Assembly (NCBI GenBank): GCA_943356495.1
Contig: CALRFF010000002.1
Location: 12,596-76,595 of the forward strand
DNA from: Candidatus Nomurabacteria bacterium
GTDB taxonomy: Bacteria > Patescibacteriota > Minisyncoccia > Phycocordibacterales > SBAW01
Direction: 5' to 3'
Length of the DNA stretch: 64,000 bases
A model generated the notes under the pieces. That model did no database searches, was not told the DNA's origin, and saw only the letters and a program-made list of their open reading frames with translations. Position numbers and translations under genes: made by a program. Positions 9,182 to 18,779 of the stretch are shown piece after piece; position 1 is the first letter of the stretch, and the number at the start of each line of letters is the position of its first letter.

Positions 9182-10381
9182 ATGTTTGACCTTAAAGTAA
9201 TAAACTCGGTTTTGGGCGAGCTCGAGGAGGAGCGCGGCATACCGCGCGAGAAAGTAATCGAGGCTATCGAGGCCGCGCTTGCGACCGCGTACAAAAAAGA
9301 ATACGCAAAAAAAGGGCAGGTCATACGCGCGCAGATAGACCTTAACACCGGCACCACCGAATTTCAGCAGATAAAAACCGTAGTCGATGACACGACCGTG
9401 CGATTTATTACCGAAGAAGAGGAGGCAAACGAGGAGCCGCGGGAGCCCGAGCTAGATGCCGAGGGCAACCCTATCGCGCCCCTGCCCCGCTACAACGAAG
9501 AGCAGCATATAAAAATAGAAGACGCCAAGTTTATTAAACGTGACGCCAAAGTAGGCGACGACCTTGTCTTCCCGCTCGAGGCTAAGGGCGACTACGGCCG
9601 CATTGCCGCGCAAACCGCCAAGCAGGTAATCATCCAGAAAATTCGCGAGGCGGAAAAGGTCTCGGTCGTGGCCGAGTACGGTGCGCGCCAAGGCGAAATT
9701 GTGTCGGGTACCGTGCAGCGCATGGAGCGCGGCAACATTTATGTCGACTTGGGCCGCGCTACCGGCATACTCCCCTACGACGAGCAGATACCGGGCGAGC
9801 GTTACCGCCAAGGCGAGCGTATTCGCGCACTTTTGTACCAAGTAGAGGAGTCGCCCCGCGGTATCTACCTGCGCCTGTCGCGTGCCAAGGGCGAGTTTTT
9901 GGCGAAACTCTTCGAGATGGAGGCCCCCGAAGCCGCGCACGGCACAGTTGTCTTTAAGTCTATTGCGCGCGAGGCGGGCAGCCGCTCTAAAGTAGCCGTC
10001 GCCTCGACCGACCCGCATGTCGACCCGGTCGGCTCGTTGGTCGGCCAGCGCGGTGTCCGCGTATCGACCGTCACGTCCGAACTCGGCGGCGAAAAGATAG
10101 ACATCATCGAGTGGAACGAGGACCCGAAAGCATTTATCCAAGAAGCCCTTTCTCCGGCGCGGATTCTTGAGGTAAGCCTCGATGAAGAGGAGCACAAAGC
10201 GACCATTAAAGTCGCCGAGGACCAGCAGAGTCTCGCCATCGGCCGCGGCGGTCAGAACGTGCGCTTGGCGGCCAAGCTTACCGGCTGGCGCATCGACATC
10301 CAGTCGCAGGGCGGCAAGGTGGTAGAGGGGGTAGAAGGCAAAGACCTCCCCGCTCCCGAAGCTATCCCCCCGATTGAGTAA
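9182..10381 (+). CDS. nusA: Transcription termination/antitermination factor NusA
   Basis: GRIAAQTAKQVI, S1 and KH domains, AIGRGGQNVRLAAKLTGW. Confidence 0.97.
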   Translation: MFDLKVINSVLGELEEERGIPREKVIEAIEAALATAYKKEYAKKGQVIRAQIDLNTGTTEFQQIKTVVDDTTVRFITEEEEANEEPREPELDAEGNPIAPLPRYNEEQHIKIEDAKFIKRDAKVGDDLVFPLEAKGDYGRIAAQTAKQVIIQKIREAEKVSVVAEYGARQGEIVSGTVQRMERGNIYVDLGRATGILPYDEQIPGERYRQGERIRALLYQVEESPRGIYLRLSRAKGEFLAKLFEMEAPEAAHGTVVFKSIAREAGSRSKVAVASTDPHVDPVGSLVGQRGVRVSTVTSELGGEKIDIIEWNEDPKAFIQEALSPARILEVSLDEEEHKATIKVAEDQQSLAIGRGGQNVRLAAKLTGWRIDIQSQGGKVVEGVEGKDLPAPEAIPPIE

Positions 10382-10404
10382 CTATTAAGTAGTACAATAT
10401 TCTT

Positions 10405-10935
10405 ATGAATCTCTGGCACGACATTGCTCCGGGTACGCCTGAAGAGCTGAACGTTATTATCGAGATACCCAAAGGCTCACACAACAAGTACGAGGTAGAC
10501 AAAGACACCGGCCTTATCAAGCTCGACCGCGCCAACTACTCCGACGCGGCCTACCCGTTTGACTACGGTTTTGTACCGCAGACGCTGTGGGACGACGGCG
10601 ACCCGCTCGACGTAGTGGTGCTCACCACCTACCCACTCGCCCCGGGCATCTTGGTGGCGGTGCGTCCGGTTGCCGTGATGGACATGATCGACTCGGGCGA
10701 AGGCGACGCTAAAATCATCGCCGTACCGGTCGAGGACAAGCGATGGGAGGACGTGCAGGACCTTGCGGATGTTAACAAACACTCGCTTAAAGAGTTCCAG
10801 CATTTCTTCGAAACCTACAAAGCGCTCAAGGGCAAGCCCGCGCCGGTAGAGATCCGCGGCATCCAAGGCAAGGCCGAGGCTGTTGCCGCCATCAACAAAT
10901 CTATCGAGCTCTACAAACAAAAGTTCGCTAAGTAA
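10405..10935 (+). CDS. ppa: Inorganic pyrophosphatase (family I)
   Basis: EIPKGS.NKYE, YPFDYG, DGDPLD, HFFETYK. Confidence 0.96.
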   Translation: MNLWHDIAPGTPEELNVIIEIPKGSHNKYEVDKDTGLIKLDRANYSDAAYPFDYGFVPQTLWDDGDPLDVVVLTTYPLAPGILVAVRPVAVMDMIDSGEGDAKIIAVPVEDKRWEDVQDLADVNKHSLKEFQHFFETYKALKGKPAPVEIRGIQGKAEAVAAINKSIELYKQKFAK

Positions 10936-10983
10936 TATCCACACTCAAAAAAGGGCGCCGGCGGCAGCAGGTATACTTAAGGC

Positions 10984-11787
10984 ATGAAACGCCTTATACA
11001 CACTGCAGCTATTATCGGCGCCCTTTTGCTTGCTCCCGCTTTGGTGTTTGCACAAGAAACATCCGTGGACGCACAAGCAACCGTGACCGCATCGACCAGC
11101 CGTCCGCTCCCTAAGCCTAAACTGGGGCCCGCTATTAAAAACACTATCCAAGATACCCGCGCCGGAGTAAAAAACCTTGCTTCTACCACACGCGAGGCAG
11201 TTAAGTCCCGTGTTGATGCTATACAGAATCTTATAGGCGAACACAAGCTTGATGTGCAGGCGATAGTAGAGCTTAAACGGCAGGGCGTAGGGAGCTCCAC
11301 ACCCGAGGAGCGCGAAGCGGCGCGCCTCGAAACCCGCCAAAAAATAGAAGACAGGCGTGCGGAAGTGCAGGCCCGCGTCGAGGCCGCTAAAGCAAAGGCC
11401 GCGGAAAAGTTTAGCGAGGCGGTACAAAAAAATGTCGGTGCCATCGTCGACCGTCTTACCAAGGCAATCTCCGACCTTAGCGCTATCGCCGAGCGCATAG
11501 ACGCCCGTATTAAAGAGCACGAGGCCAAGGGTACCAATATGAACATATCGGCAAGCTTGCTCGCCACAGCGCGCATCGACATAGCCTCTGCGCAGGACAA
11601 AGTAACTGCCGTTGGTACCGCACTAACCACGGCACTTTCCGCTACTAACCCCAAAGAAGCCGTGGCGCCGGTGCGCGCGGCGGTAAAGGATGCCGAGGAC
11701 GCGCTCAAGGTAGCAAAAGACTCCCTTAAAAAGACCCTCGAGTCGATGCGCGCCGAGGCACAGGCCACTACAACGACGACTATTTAA
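10984..11787 (+). CDS. Secreted all-helical/coiled-coil hypothetical protein
   Basis: Signal peptide (..ALVFA|QE), Ala/Lys/Glu-rich heptads, -10 box 6 nt upstream. Confidence 0.8.
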   Translation: MKRLIHTAAIIGALLLAPALVFAQETSVDAQATVTASTSRPLPKPKLGPAIKNTIQDTRAGVKNLASTTREAVKSRVDAIQNLIGEHKLDVQAIVELKRQGVGSSTPEEREAARLETRQKIEDRRAEVQARVEAAKAKAAEKFSEAVQKNVGAIVDRLTKAISDLSAIAERIDARIKEHEAKGTNMNISASLLATARIDIASAQDKVTAVGTALTTALSATNPKEAVAPVRAAVKDAEDALKVAKDSLKKTLESMRAEAQATTTTTI

Positions 11788-11808
11788 TTAATTAGTAATT
11801 ACATTCTC

Positions 11809-12168
11809 ATGCCTCCTCAAACACCTATCGCCCCGCAGCCCGCAGCCCCCGCTCCTACGCCCGCACCTACGCCGATTACCCCGCCGCCGGCAGCTCCGCC
11901 TGTACCAGCACCCGTCCAACCTGTAGCGGCGGCTGCAGCAGGAAACGGCGCTGTATGGGGCAGTGTCGCCGCGCTAGCCGTGGTATTACTGCTTGCGGCC
12001 GGCGGCACATACTACTACTTCTACGTGTTAAACAGCGCTCCCGCATATACCGCACCGGTCGTCCAAGAACAAAATCCTACCAACGAAGACGCCATACAGG
12101 CCGACCTCGACGCCGCAGCAAGCGGCAGCTCGCAGTCCGATGTAGACGCGCTCAGCGGCTCTCTGTAA
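11809..12168 (+). CDS. Proline-rich single-pass membrane protein
   Basis: Pro/Ala N-terminus, one TM helix ending YYYFY, acidic tail. Confidence 0.75.
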   Translation: MPPQTPIAPQPAAPAPTPAPTPITPPPAAPPVPAPVQPVAAAAAGNGAVWGSVAALAVVLLLAAGGTYYYFYVLNSAPAYTAPVVQEQNPTNEDAIQADLDAAASGSSQSDVDALSGSL

Positions 12169-12219
12169 GACTCACAAAAAAGATGCTGTGGATAGCGCCT
12201 TTGGCGCTATACTGGCGGC

Positions 12220-12384
12220 ATGGATGAGACACCTCTTTCAGCCGAACAGAACGAGCATGGCATCGGCCCGACGCTCGGCATTGTGGTCGTGGTTATATTA
12301 GTTGCTATAGGCGGCATCTATTTTTTTATCGAGGAGAGCAAGCGGCTGCATACGCCGCCCGTTGAAGAGCATTTGAACGCTTAA
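12220..12384 (+). CDS. 54-aa single-pass membrane protein (not in ORF track)
   Basis: MDETPLSAEQNEHGIGPTLGIVVVVILVAIGGIYFFIEESKRLHTPPVEEHLNA; TATACT 6 nt upstream. Confidence 0.75.
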   Translation: MDETPLSAEQNEHGIGPTLGIVVVVILVAIGGIYFFIEESKRLHTPPVEEHLNA

Positions 12385-12407
12385 GAAAATGATGCTACTA
12401 TCGCGCG

Positions 12408-13466
12408 ATGTCCGAAAAAAACAGTAGCCTAAAAGAAACGGCCGAAACTTTTGTACGTAAAGAGCTGCCCGAGTCGGAAATAGAGTTTGTGGGCGAGGTG
12501 CCCGCCGAGAATATTGCCCCCTACAAAGAGCAGGCCTTGGCGCATATATCACAGAGCATCGAGCTACCCGGTTTTCGCCCCGGCAAAGTACCCAAAGACA
12601 TGGCTCTTAAAAAAGTCGGCGACATGGCCGTACTCGAAGAGGCGGTAGAACTTTTTGTAAAAGATTTTTACCGCGAGTTTATCGACACCGTACAGGTAGA
12701 GGCCGTCGGCCGCCCGGACATACGCATTACTAAGCTTGCGCCCGACCAGCCGGTCGGGCTGACTATCCGCGTAACCACGTATCCGGAAGTTACGTTGCCC
12801 AAACACTGGAAGGACTTGGCCGAAAAAATTGCGCTTGAACCGTCGCTGCCCGCTACCGAGGAAGAGGTCGCCAAAACACTCGAGGACCTGCGCCAGTCAC
12901 GCAAGAAAGACGGTTCGCCAGCCGGCGAAGTGCCCGAGCTTAGCGACGAGTTTGCCAAGTCGCTCGGCGCGTTTGACAGCGTCGCGCACTTGCGGGAGCA
13001 AATTACCAAAGGTATTACCGAAGAAAAGGCCCGTTCGGCGCGCGATGCCCGCCGCGGCAAACTTATCGACGCGCTGCTCGAGCAGACCACCGTGGCCGTG
13101 CCGCGCCTGTTTATCGAAAGCGAGCTCGAAAAGATTTTGGCCCAAATGCGCGAGGACGTGACGCGTTTTGGTATGACCTTCGACGATTATCTGAAACGCA
13201 CCGAAAAAACAGAAGAAGCGCTCCGCGACGACTTTCGCGAGCAGGCTAAAAAGCGCGCCAAGCTACAGTTAACTCTCAACAAGGTCGCGCAAGAAGAGAA
13301 AGTGGAGGCCGACCCAACCGCGGTCGAAGCCGAAATGAAGCATGCGATAGAACACTTCCCCGATGCCAACCCCGAGCTGGTCAAAATCCACATCGAAACA
13401 GTCATGCGCAACGAAGGCGCGCTTAAAATTTTGGAGGGAGAACTAAAAGGAGAGCCTCTGAAATAA
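12408..13466 (+). CDS. tig: Trigger factor lacking most of the FKBP/PPIase domain
   Basis: PGFRPGKVP ribosome-binding signature, PELSDEFAK, C-terminal chaperone domain; 352 aa; upstream of clpP. Confidence 0.92.
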   Translation: MSEKNSSLKETAETFVRKELPESEIEFVGEVPAENIAPYKEQALAHISQSIELPGFRPGKVPKDMALKKVGDMAVLEEAVELFVKDFYREFIDTVQVEAVGRPDIRITKLAPDQPVGLTIRVTTYPEVTLPKHWKDLAEKIALEPSLPATEEEVAKTLEDLRQSRKKDGSPAGEVPELSDEFAKSLGAFDSVAHLREQITKGITEEKARSARDARRGKLIDALLEQTTVAVPRLFIESELEKILAQMREDVTRFGMTFDDYLKRTEKTEEALRDDFREQAKKRAKLQLTLNKVAQEEKVEADPTAVEAEMKHAIEHFPDANPELVKIHIETVMRNEGALKILEGELKGEPLK

Positions 13467-13505
13467 AAATAGCCTCGGCTCCTACTATTTGTTATAGTGT
13501 CGCGT

Positions 13506-14132
13506 ATGAAAGACTCAAACATCTACAACCAGCTGGTGCCGATGGTCGTCGAAAAGTCGCCCTTGGGCGAGCGTGCCTATGACATCTTTAGCCGCCTGCT
13601 AAAGGAGCGCATCATCTTTTTGGCCGGGCCTATCGAGGACTACACCGCCAACTTGGTTATCGCCCAGCTGCTCTTCCTCGAGTCCGAAGATCCTAAAAAA
13701 GATATCCAGCTGTACATCAACTCCCCCGGCGGCTCGGTAACCGCGGGGCTCGCGATGCTCGACACGATGAACCATATTAAGCCCGATGTCGCGACGGTGT
13801 GCGTCGGCATAGCGGCGTCGGCCGCGGCGATTATCCTTGCCGCCGGCGCCAAAGGCAAGCGCTACGCGCTCCCTAACGCCGAGGTTATGATCCACCAGCC
13901 GTGGGGCGGGGCGCAGGGCCAAGCCACCGACATCGAGATTACGGCCCGCCACATCATCGCCACCCGCGCCCGCCTTAACAAAATACTCTCCAAGGCGACC
14001 GGCCAGACTATAGAAAAGATAGAAAAAGACGTCGAGCGCGACTACTTTATGTCCGCCGAAGAGGCTAAAAAGTACGGTCTTATTGATGAAATCTTCACCC
14101 AAAAAGGGGTGGTAGCGGCTGCCAAAAAATAG
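13506..14132 (+). CDS. clpP: ATP-dependent Clp protease proteolytic subunit
   Basis: [39 protein letters not shown]. Confidence 0.97.
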   Translation: MKDSNIYNQLVPMVVEKSPLGERAYDIFSRLLKERIIFLAGPIEDYTANLVIAQLLFLESEDPKKDIQLYINSPGGSVTAGLAMLDTMNHIKPDVATVCVGIAASAAAIILAAGAKGKRYALPNAEVMIHQPWGGAQGQATDIEITARHIIATRARLNKILSKATGQTIEKIEKDVERDYFMSAEEAKKYGLIDEIFTQKGVVAAAKK

Positions 14133-14181
14133 TGGTATTGTGGGGAAGTGCTTTTCTTAATGAAATTTATGCTTTCTTCAT

Positions 14182-15711
14182 ATGTCTATAAAAATAATAC
14201 TCCTGCTACTCGGGGGCTCGGCGCTCGTGGGCGCGGTGATTGGCTACGTATTCCGCTGGCTCCTTCTTTTAGCTCGTAAAGGCTCGATAGAGGTCGAAAT
14301 AAAACACATACTCTTAGACGCCCGCGAAAAAGCGGAGCGGATTACCGCCGATGCCGAAGCTGCCGCGCGCGAAAAGGTTGCGTTAGCGGAAGGCACCTTG
14401 GGCGAAAAGGAAGAAAAACTGCTTAAGCAGGAAGAGCGTGTATTTAAACGCGAAGAGTCTTTGGACAAAAAGCAGGCCGAGCTCGACGCGCAGGTCGAGG
14501 GCATAAAGACGAAAATAGAGGAGGTCCGCACCATTAAAGAGCGTGCCGAGGCGCTGGTAAGCCAGCGCGGCGACGAGCTTGCCAAGGTGGCTGGACTTAC
14601 CAAAGAGCAGGCCAAACAAGAACTTATACGCGAAATGGAGCGTGAGAACGAGGAAGACCTGATGATGCGCGTGCAAAAGCTCGAGCGTGACGGTGCCGAA
14701 AAGCTCGAGCGTCGCGCCAAGGAAATTTTGACCACCTCGATACACCGTCTTGGCAACTCGGTGGCCGCCGACACGATGGCCACCGCTATTACTATCCCCA
14801 ACGACGACATTAAAGGTAAAATCATCGGCAAAGAAGGGCGCAACATTAAAGCGTTCGAGCGCGCTTCTGGGGTAGAGGTTATTATCGACGACACACCCGG
14901 TTCTATCGTACTTTCAAGCTACGACCCGCTGCGCCGCGCAATCGCCCGCATGGCGCTTGAGAACCTTATTATCGACGGCCGCATCCAGCCCGCAAAAATT
15001 GAAGAAACGGTAGAAAAAGCGAAGGCTGATGCCAATAAAATTATTAAAGAAAAGGCCGAGGCCGCCGCGTTTGAAACCGGCGTGCTTAATCTCGACCCGC
15101 GCCTGCTTATGATCTTGGGCCGGCTGCACTTCCGTACCTCCTACGGGCAGTCGGTGTTGCAACACAGCATCGAAATGGCGCACATCGCCGGCATGATTGC
15201 CGAGGAGTTGGGTGCCAACCCGCAGGTTGCCCGCGCCGGCGCGCTGTTGCACGACATCGGCAAAGCGCTCGACCACGAGGTGCAGGGCACCCATGTAGAA
15301 ATCGGCCGCCGCATACTGCAAAAATTCGGTGTGAGCGAAGAGGTGGTTAAGGCTATGCAGGCGCACCACGAGGAATATCCGTACGAAACGGTAGAGAGTA
15401 TTATCGTGCAAGTAGCCGACGCTATCTCCGGCGGGCGCCCCGGCGCACGCCGCGACAGTGTCGAGCAGTACATCAAACGCTTGCAGGACATCGAGGCTAT
15501 CGCCAACTCCTTCGGCGGGGTCGAGAAATCGTACGCTATTTCCGCCGGCCGCGAGGTGCGCGTGTTTGTTAAACCGGAGGAAATGTCGGACTTTCAGGCG
15601 CGCGAGTTGGCGCGCAACATCGCCAAGCGCATCGAGGAGGACCTTAAATACCCCGGCGAAATAAAAGTAAACGTTATCCGCGAGCTGCGCGCTATCGAGT
15701 TTGCGCGCTAA
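14182..15711 (+). CDS. rny: Ribonuclease Y
   Basis: N-terminal TM, coiled coil, KH (IIGKEGRNI), HD domain (LLHDIGK), DAISGGRPGAR. Confidence 0.96.
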   Translation: MSIKIILLLLGGSALVGAVIGYVFRWLLLLARKGSIEVEIKHILLDAREKAERITADAEAAAREKVALAEGTLGEKEEKLLKQEERVFKREESLDKKQAELDAQVEGIKTKIEEVRTIKERAEALVSQRGDELAKVAGLTKEQAKQELIREMERENEEDLMMRVQKLERDGAEKLERRAKEILTTSIHRLGNSVAADTMATAITIPNDDIKGKIIGKEGRNIKAFERASGVEVIIDDTPGSIVLSSYDPLRRAIARMALENLIIDGRIQPAKIEETVEKAKADANKIIKEKAEAAAFETGVLNLDPRLLMILGRLHFRTSYGQSVLQHSIEMAHIAGMIAEELGANPQVARAGALLHDIGKALDHEVQGTHVEIGRRILQKFGVSEEVVKAMQAHHEEYPYETVESIIVQVADAISGGRPGARRDSVEQYIKRLQDIEAIANSFGGVEKSYAISAGREVRVFVKPEEMSDFQARELARNIAKRIEEDLKYPGEIKVNVIRELRAIEFAR

Positions 15712-15776
15712 GGTTGCTAAATAGGCCGCTCGGGCGTATCGTTTTCTTAGACTGGTCTTAATGCGGGGAGGGTTGT

Positions 15777-16205
15777 ATGCGAGTGTTCTTCGCTATCGAC
15801 GAAAAATCCCACATCGGAGCCTCGACGATCCGAAAACTGCTGTCGTTGCAGCTCTCGAACAGGCGCTACGAGATTCTGCGGCTTGGCGACGAGCACTTTC
15901 ATTGTTCGCGCGGCAGTCTCGACGCGCTGTTTACCGTAGCGACGTTCGAAGGAAGAAAGATACTGAGCCGCTACGCCGACGCCACGGCCTGCGTTGTTAT
16001 CGCAGGCGCAAAAGCGAGGGACATACACTGCAAAGGCCAAACGGCCCCTCTCGACTATGGGGTTGTGGTGACTCCGCGCTTGGCGATAGGACGCCTACTC
16101 AACCCAAAAATACGGGGTGAGGTCTACTGGGCATCAAGTCCCGCGCTGCAGCCCGAGCTTGCCGAAGCGGCAATCGAGCTCGCCGGCTTTGAACTAACGA
16201 GCTGA
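15777..16205 (+). CDS. Hypothetical orphan protein
   Basis: 142-aa ORF with GGGGAGG SD and a downstream terminator. Confidence 0.6.
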   Translation: MRVFFAIDEKSHIGASTIRKLLSLQLSNRRYEILRLGDEHFHCSRGSLDALFTVATFEGRKILSRYADATACVVIAGAKARDIHCKGQTAPLDYGVVVTPRLAIGRLLNPKIRGEVYWASSPALQPELAEAAIELAGFELTS

Positions 16206-16209
16206 TACC

Positions 16210-16239
16210 CGGCCCCACCTAAGGTGGGGCCGTTTTTTT
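16210..16239 (+). terminator. Intrinsic terminator
   Basis: CGGCCCCACC-TAA-GGTGGGGCCG followed by a T tract. Confidence 0.85.
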
Positions 16240-16277
16240 GCCCCTTTTGGCCCTGTGGACTACTCCAAATGGCTCTA

Positions 16278-16305
16278 TTGCAAGGTTTTTTGAGGGGGGT
16301 ATACT
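16278..16305 (+). promoter_or_regulatory. Sigma70-type promoter of hup
   Basis: TTGCAA-16 nt-TATACT. Confidence 0.6.
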
Positions 16306-16336
16306 ACCCCCACAGGGTTTGGTAGAGGTTTTCCAT

Positions 16337-16398
16337 TATCGTCTAGCGAAGCGAGAGAACAAAAGCTTGCTTTTGATTCCGAGCGAGCGACGACGATA
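16337..16398 (+). repeat. Structured repeat element, copy in hup 5' leader
   Basis: CTAGCGAAGC...CAAAAG-CTTG-CTTTTG...GCGAGCGACG with outer stem TATCGTC/GACGATA; related copies at 20398-20477 and 24997-25058. Confidence 0.7.
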
Positions 16399-16431
16399 TG
16401 AATTATTATTCATATCAATTAACTATCCATC

Positions 16432-16704
16432 ATGAATAAGCAGGATATTGCAGAGAAGGTGCACGGCGTACTTGGTACCACCAAGGCAGACGCCGAACGC
16501 GCCGTCGAAGCCATGATAGAAGGCATTGTCGGAGAGCTCAAAAAGGGCGGCGAAGTCTCCGTGGCCGGTCTTGGCATCTTCAAGACCAAAATGCGCGCCG
16601 CACGCCAAGCGCGCAACCCGCGCACCGGCGCGACCGTACAGGTCCCCTCGATGCGTGTGCCGAAGTTCCAACCGGCAAAAGCGCTTAAAGAAGCGGTAAA
16701 GTAG
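16432..16704 (+). CDS. hup: HU family DNA-binding protein
   Basis: MNKQDIA..., G.V...GLGIF, RAARQARNPRTG, PKF.P.KALKEAV. Confidence 0.96.
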   Translation: MNKQDIAEKVHGVLGTTKADAERAVEAMIEGIVGELKKGGEVSVAGLGIFKTKMRAARQARNPRTGATVQVPSMRVPKFQPAKALKEAVK

Positions 16705-16723
16705 CCAGACAGGATCCTCTCAA

Positions 16724-16759
16724 AACAAAAAACCCCGACCAAAGTCGGGGTTTTTTGTT
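16724..16759. terminator. Bidirectional intrinsic terminator
   Basis: AAAAAACCCCGAC-CAAA-GTCGGGGTTTTTT between convergent genes. Confidence 0.85.
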
Positions 16760-16761
16760 GC

Positions 16762-17517
16762 TTACTGGATATCCTTAAGTTGTATCCGCACTTCAAAGCT
16801 CCCCACCGCATAGGCGGCTACTTGGTAGGGCGGCAAGGCCAGCACCAGCGTGTCGCCGTCTATAACAAAGGTAGAAAAGTTTTCTACCTTAGGGGCAAGG
16901 CCTTCGGCAAAGATTGAGCCGCTTACATCGTCTACTCCGGTGCGGGCCTTCATTTGAGCGGTTACGTCGTTAGAGACAAGCAGTGATAGTTCCTCGAGCC
17001 CGTTGGGGTTTGTGGCAAGTATGTCGGTAATGCCTAGCTGTTTACCCTGCTTATCAAACACAAAACTCATAAAGTACGCGTTCGGGTGCGCGCCGAGCGT
17101 ATCCTCATAAATCGCATATAAGTACGACACCGTGTCCGCGCCCGCATAGGCCTTGTACTCCATACCCAAAGCATATTTACGGTCGACGCCCAAGCCCTGG
17201 ATCTTTATATCCTCGGCAGTAAGTGCGGCAAAGTTGCCGTTTTCTTTAAACTCGGCGATGCGCTCTGCTATAGCGCTCTCAATAGTCATACGGACCTTTG
17301 CGTCCGCTGCCGGCGATAACTCAGTCGAAAAAGGGTACAGCGCTTCTATCGTATAGTAGGCTTCGTTTTCGTGATACACCATACTCCCCTCGCCTAGCTG
17401 CTCCCCTTGCAGCACCGGCGTATACACAACACTTTGCGGCGCCTTAACTAAACTTAGGCCCCACACTACCCCCGCGGCTACTATCACAAGCCCTACAATT
17501 GCGAGAAATTTATTCAT
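16762..17517 (-). CDS. RsiV/DUF3298-like membrane-anchored protein
   Basis: N-terminal TM, Y.DT.GAHPN motif, PYQVAAYA.G C-terminus. Confidence 0.75.
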   Translation of the reverse strand: MNKFLAIVGLVIVAAGVVWGLSLVKAPQSVVYTPVLQGEQLGEGSMVYHENEAYYTIEALYPFSTELSPAADAKVRMTIESAIAERIAEFKENGNFAALTAEDIKIQGLGVDRKYALGMEYKAYAGADTVSYLYAIYEDTLGAHPNAYFMSFVFDKQGKQLGITDILATNPNGLEELSLLVSNDVTAQMKARTGVDDVSGSIFAEGLAPKVENFSTFVIDGDTLVLALPPYQVAAYAVGSFEVRIQLKDIQ

Positions 17518-17542
17518 ATATTCGGAGTATATCAATCTTTTG

Positions 17543-17613
17543 TGCGGGATGGGAGAATCGAACTCCCAACTACAGTTTGGAAAACTGTCGTTTTACCACT
17601 AAACTAATCCCGC
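17543..17613 (-). tRNA. tRNA-Gly(TCC), CCA not encoded
   Basis: GCGGGAT acceptor stem, ACAGT-TTTCCAA-ACTGT anticodon arm, GTTCGATTC T-loop. Confidence 0.95.
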
Positions 17614-17636
17614 TTTTCGGTATACTGAGAGTATAT

Positions 17637-18779
17637 ATGGAAGTTATATATGCGCTACTGCATCAGGCGCTCGCCGTGGTTATAGGCGTGCTTGTTGCAC
17701 TTGGATCATTTTTTACCGGACACACAGAGACGGCACATGCACCCCTCCCCGTCCCTGCCGCAACAACTACAGCAACAGCCTCTTTTCCGGTTGCCTCGAG
17801 CGCACCAAAAACTATCGCGACCAGTACTCCAGCAAAAAATCCTCCTCAAAAGTCCTCGGATCTCCTGTCCGAGCCGAAAGCTGCCGGCTCGGCAGGCCAG
17901 ACTTTTGCTCCAGATTCTTTGCCTACGTTTTCAACGGAGCAATTAAATACATTGGCGCGCGGGGCGTTGGTTAATATTTTGTGCACTACCCTTTCAGGCG
18001 GCTCGTTTAACCCCATATCGGGCTCGGGCGTCGTAGTAGACAGCCGCGGCGTCATACTTACCAATGCGCATGTTGCGCAATACTTTTTATTGCGCGACTA
18101 CCCTACCACCAACAGCATCGATTGCGTCGTGCGTACCGGCAGCCCCGCCCAGCCGCGCTATCGCGCAGAGCTGTTGTACCTGCCGCCCACGTGGGTAGTG
18201 GCAAACGCCGCGCAGATAAAAAAAGACACGCCGACAGGCACGGGCGAGTTTGACTACGCTTTTTTGCGCATTACAGGCAGCACCAACCCGCAAGGCACTA
18301 TTCCCTCTTCGTTTGCAGCCTTGCCGATGGAGTCGGGCGACCCATACGTACAGCAACGGATATTGTTGGCGGCGTATCCCGCCGGATTTTTAGGCGGCAT
18401 TGCCATAAGTCTTAATCTCTACCCTACCTCGGCGCTTGCCACCGTGGGCGACGTATACACCTTTGGCGGCGAGACGAACATCGACCTCTTTTCGCTCGGT
18501 GGCACGGTAGTCGCACAAACCGGCTCTTCCGGAGGCGCAGCCGTCTCCGCCCAAGGCAAACTTATAGGACTTATAGCCACCGAGGTGCCGGGGGCTACTA
18601 CCGCCGAGCGCGACCTGCGCGCTATTACTATGGCCCACATAGACCGCAGCTTACGTGCCGCCGGACAAGGAGGCATACTCACGCTACTTTCTCGCGATGT
18701 CGTACAGTTTGCCGCCGAGTTTAACGCCGCCACCGCCCCGATAGAAACAAGACTTCTTCTCGACGCGCTTACGAAGTAG
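17637..18779 (+). CDS. Membrane-anchored trypsin-like serine protease
   Basis: SGSGVVV, LTNAHV, FDYA, GSSGGA triad motifs; TM plus Pro/Thr linker. Confidence 0.85.
   Translation: MEVIYALLHQALAVVIGVLVALGSFFTGHTETAHAPLPVPAATTTATASFPVASSAPKTIATSTPAKNPPQKSSDLLSEPKAAGSAGQTFAPDSLPTFSTEQLNTLARGALVNILCTTLSGGSFNPISGSGVVVDSRGVILTNAHVAQYFLLRDYPTTNSIDCVVRTGSPAQPRYRAELLYLPPTWVVANAAQIKKDTPTGTGEFDYAFLRITGSTNPQGTIPSSFAALPMESGDPYVQQRILLAAYPAGFLGGIAISLNLYPTSALATVGDVYTFGGETNIDLFSLGGTVVAQTGSSGGAAVSAQGKLIGLIATEVPGATTAERDLRAITMAHIDRSLRAAGQGGILTLLSRDVVQFAAEFNAATAPIETRLLLDALTK

Noticed and set aside
11809-11940. Pro-rich low-complexity stretch as a tandem repeat
   Set aside because: Amino-acid level low complexity without an exact nucleotide repeat unit.
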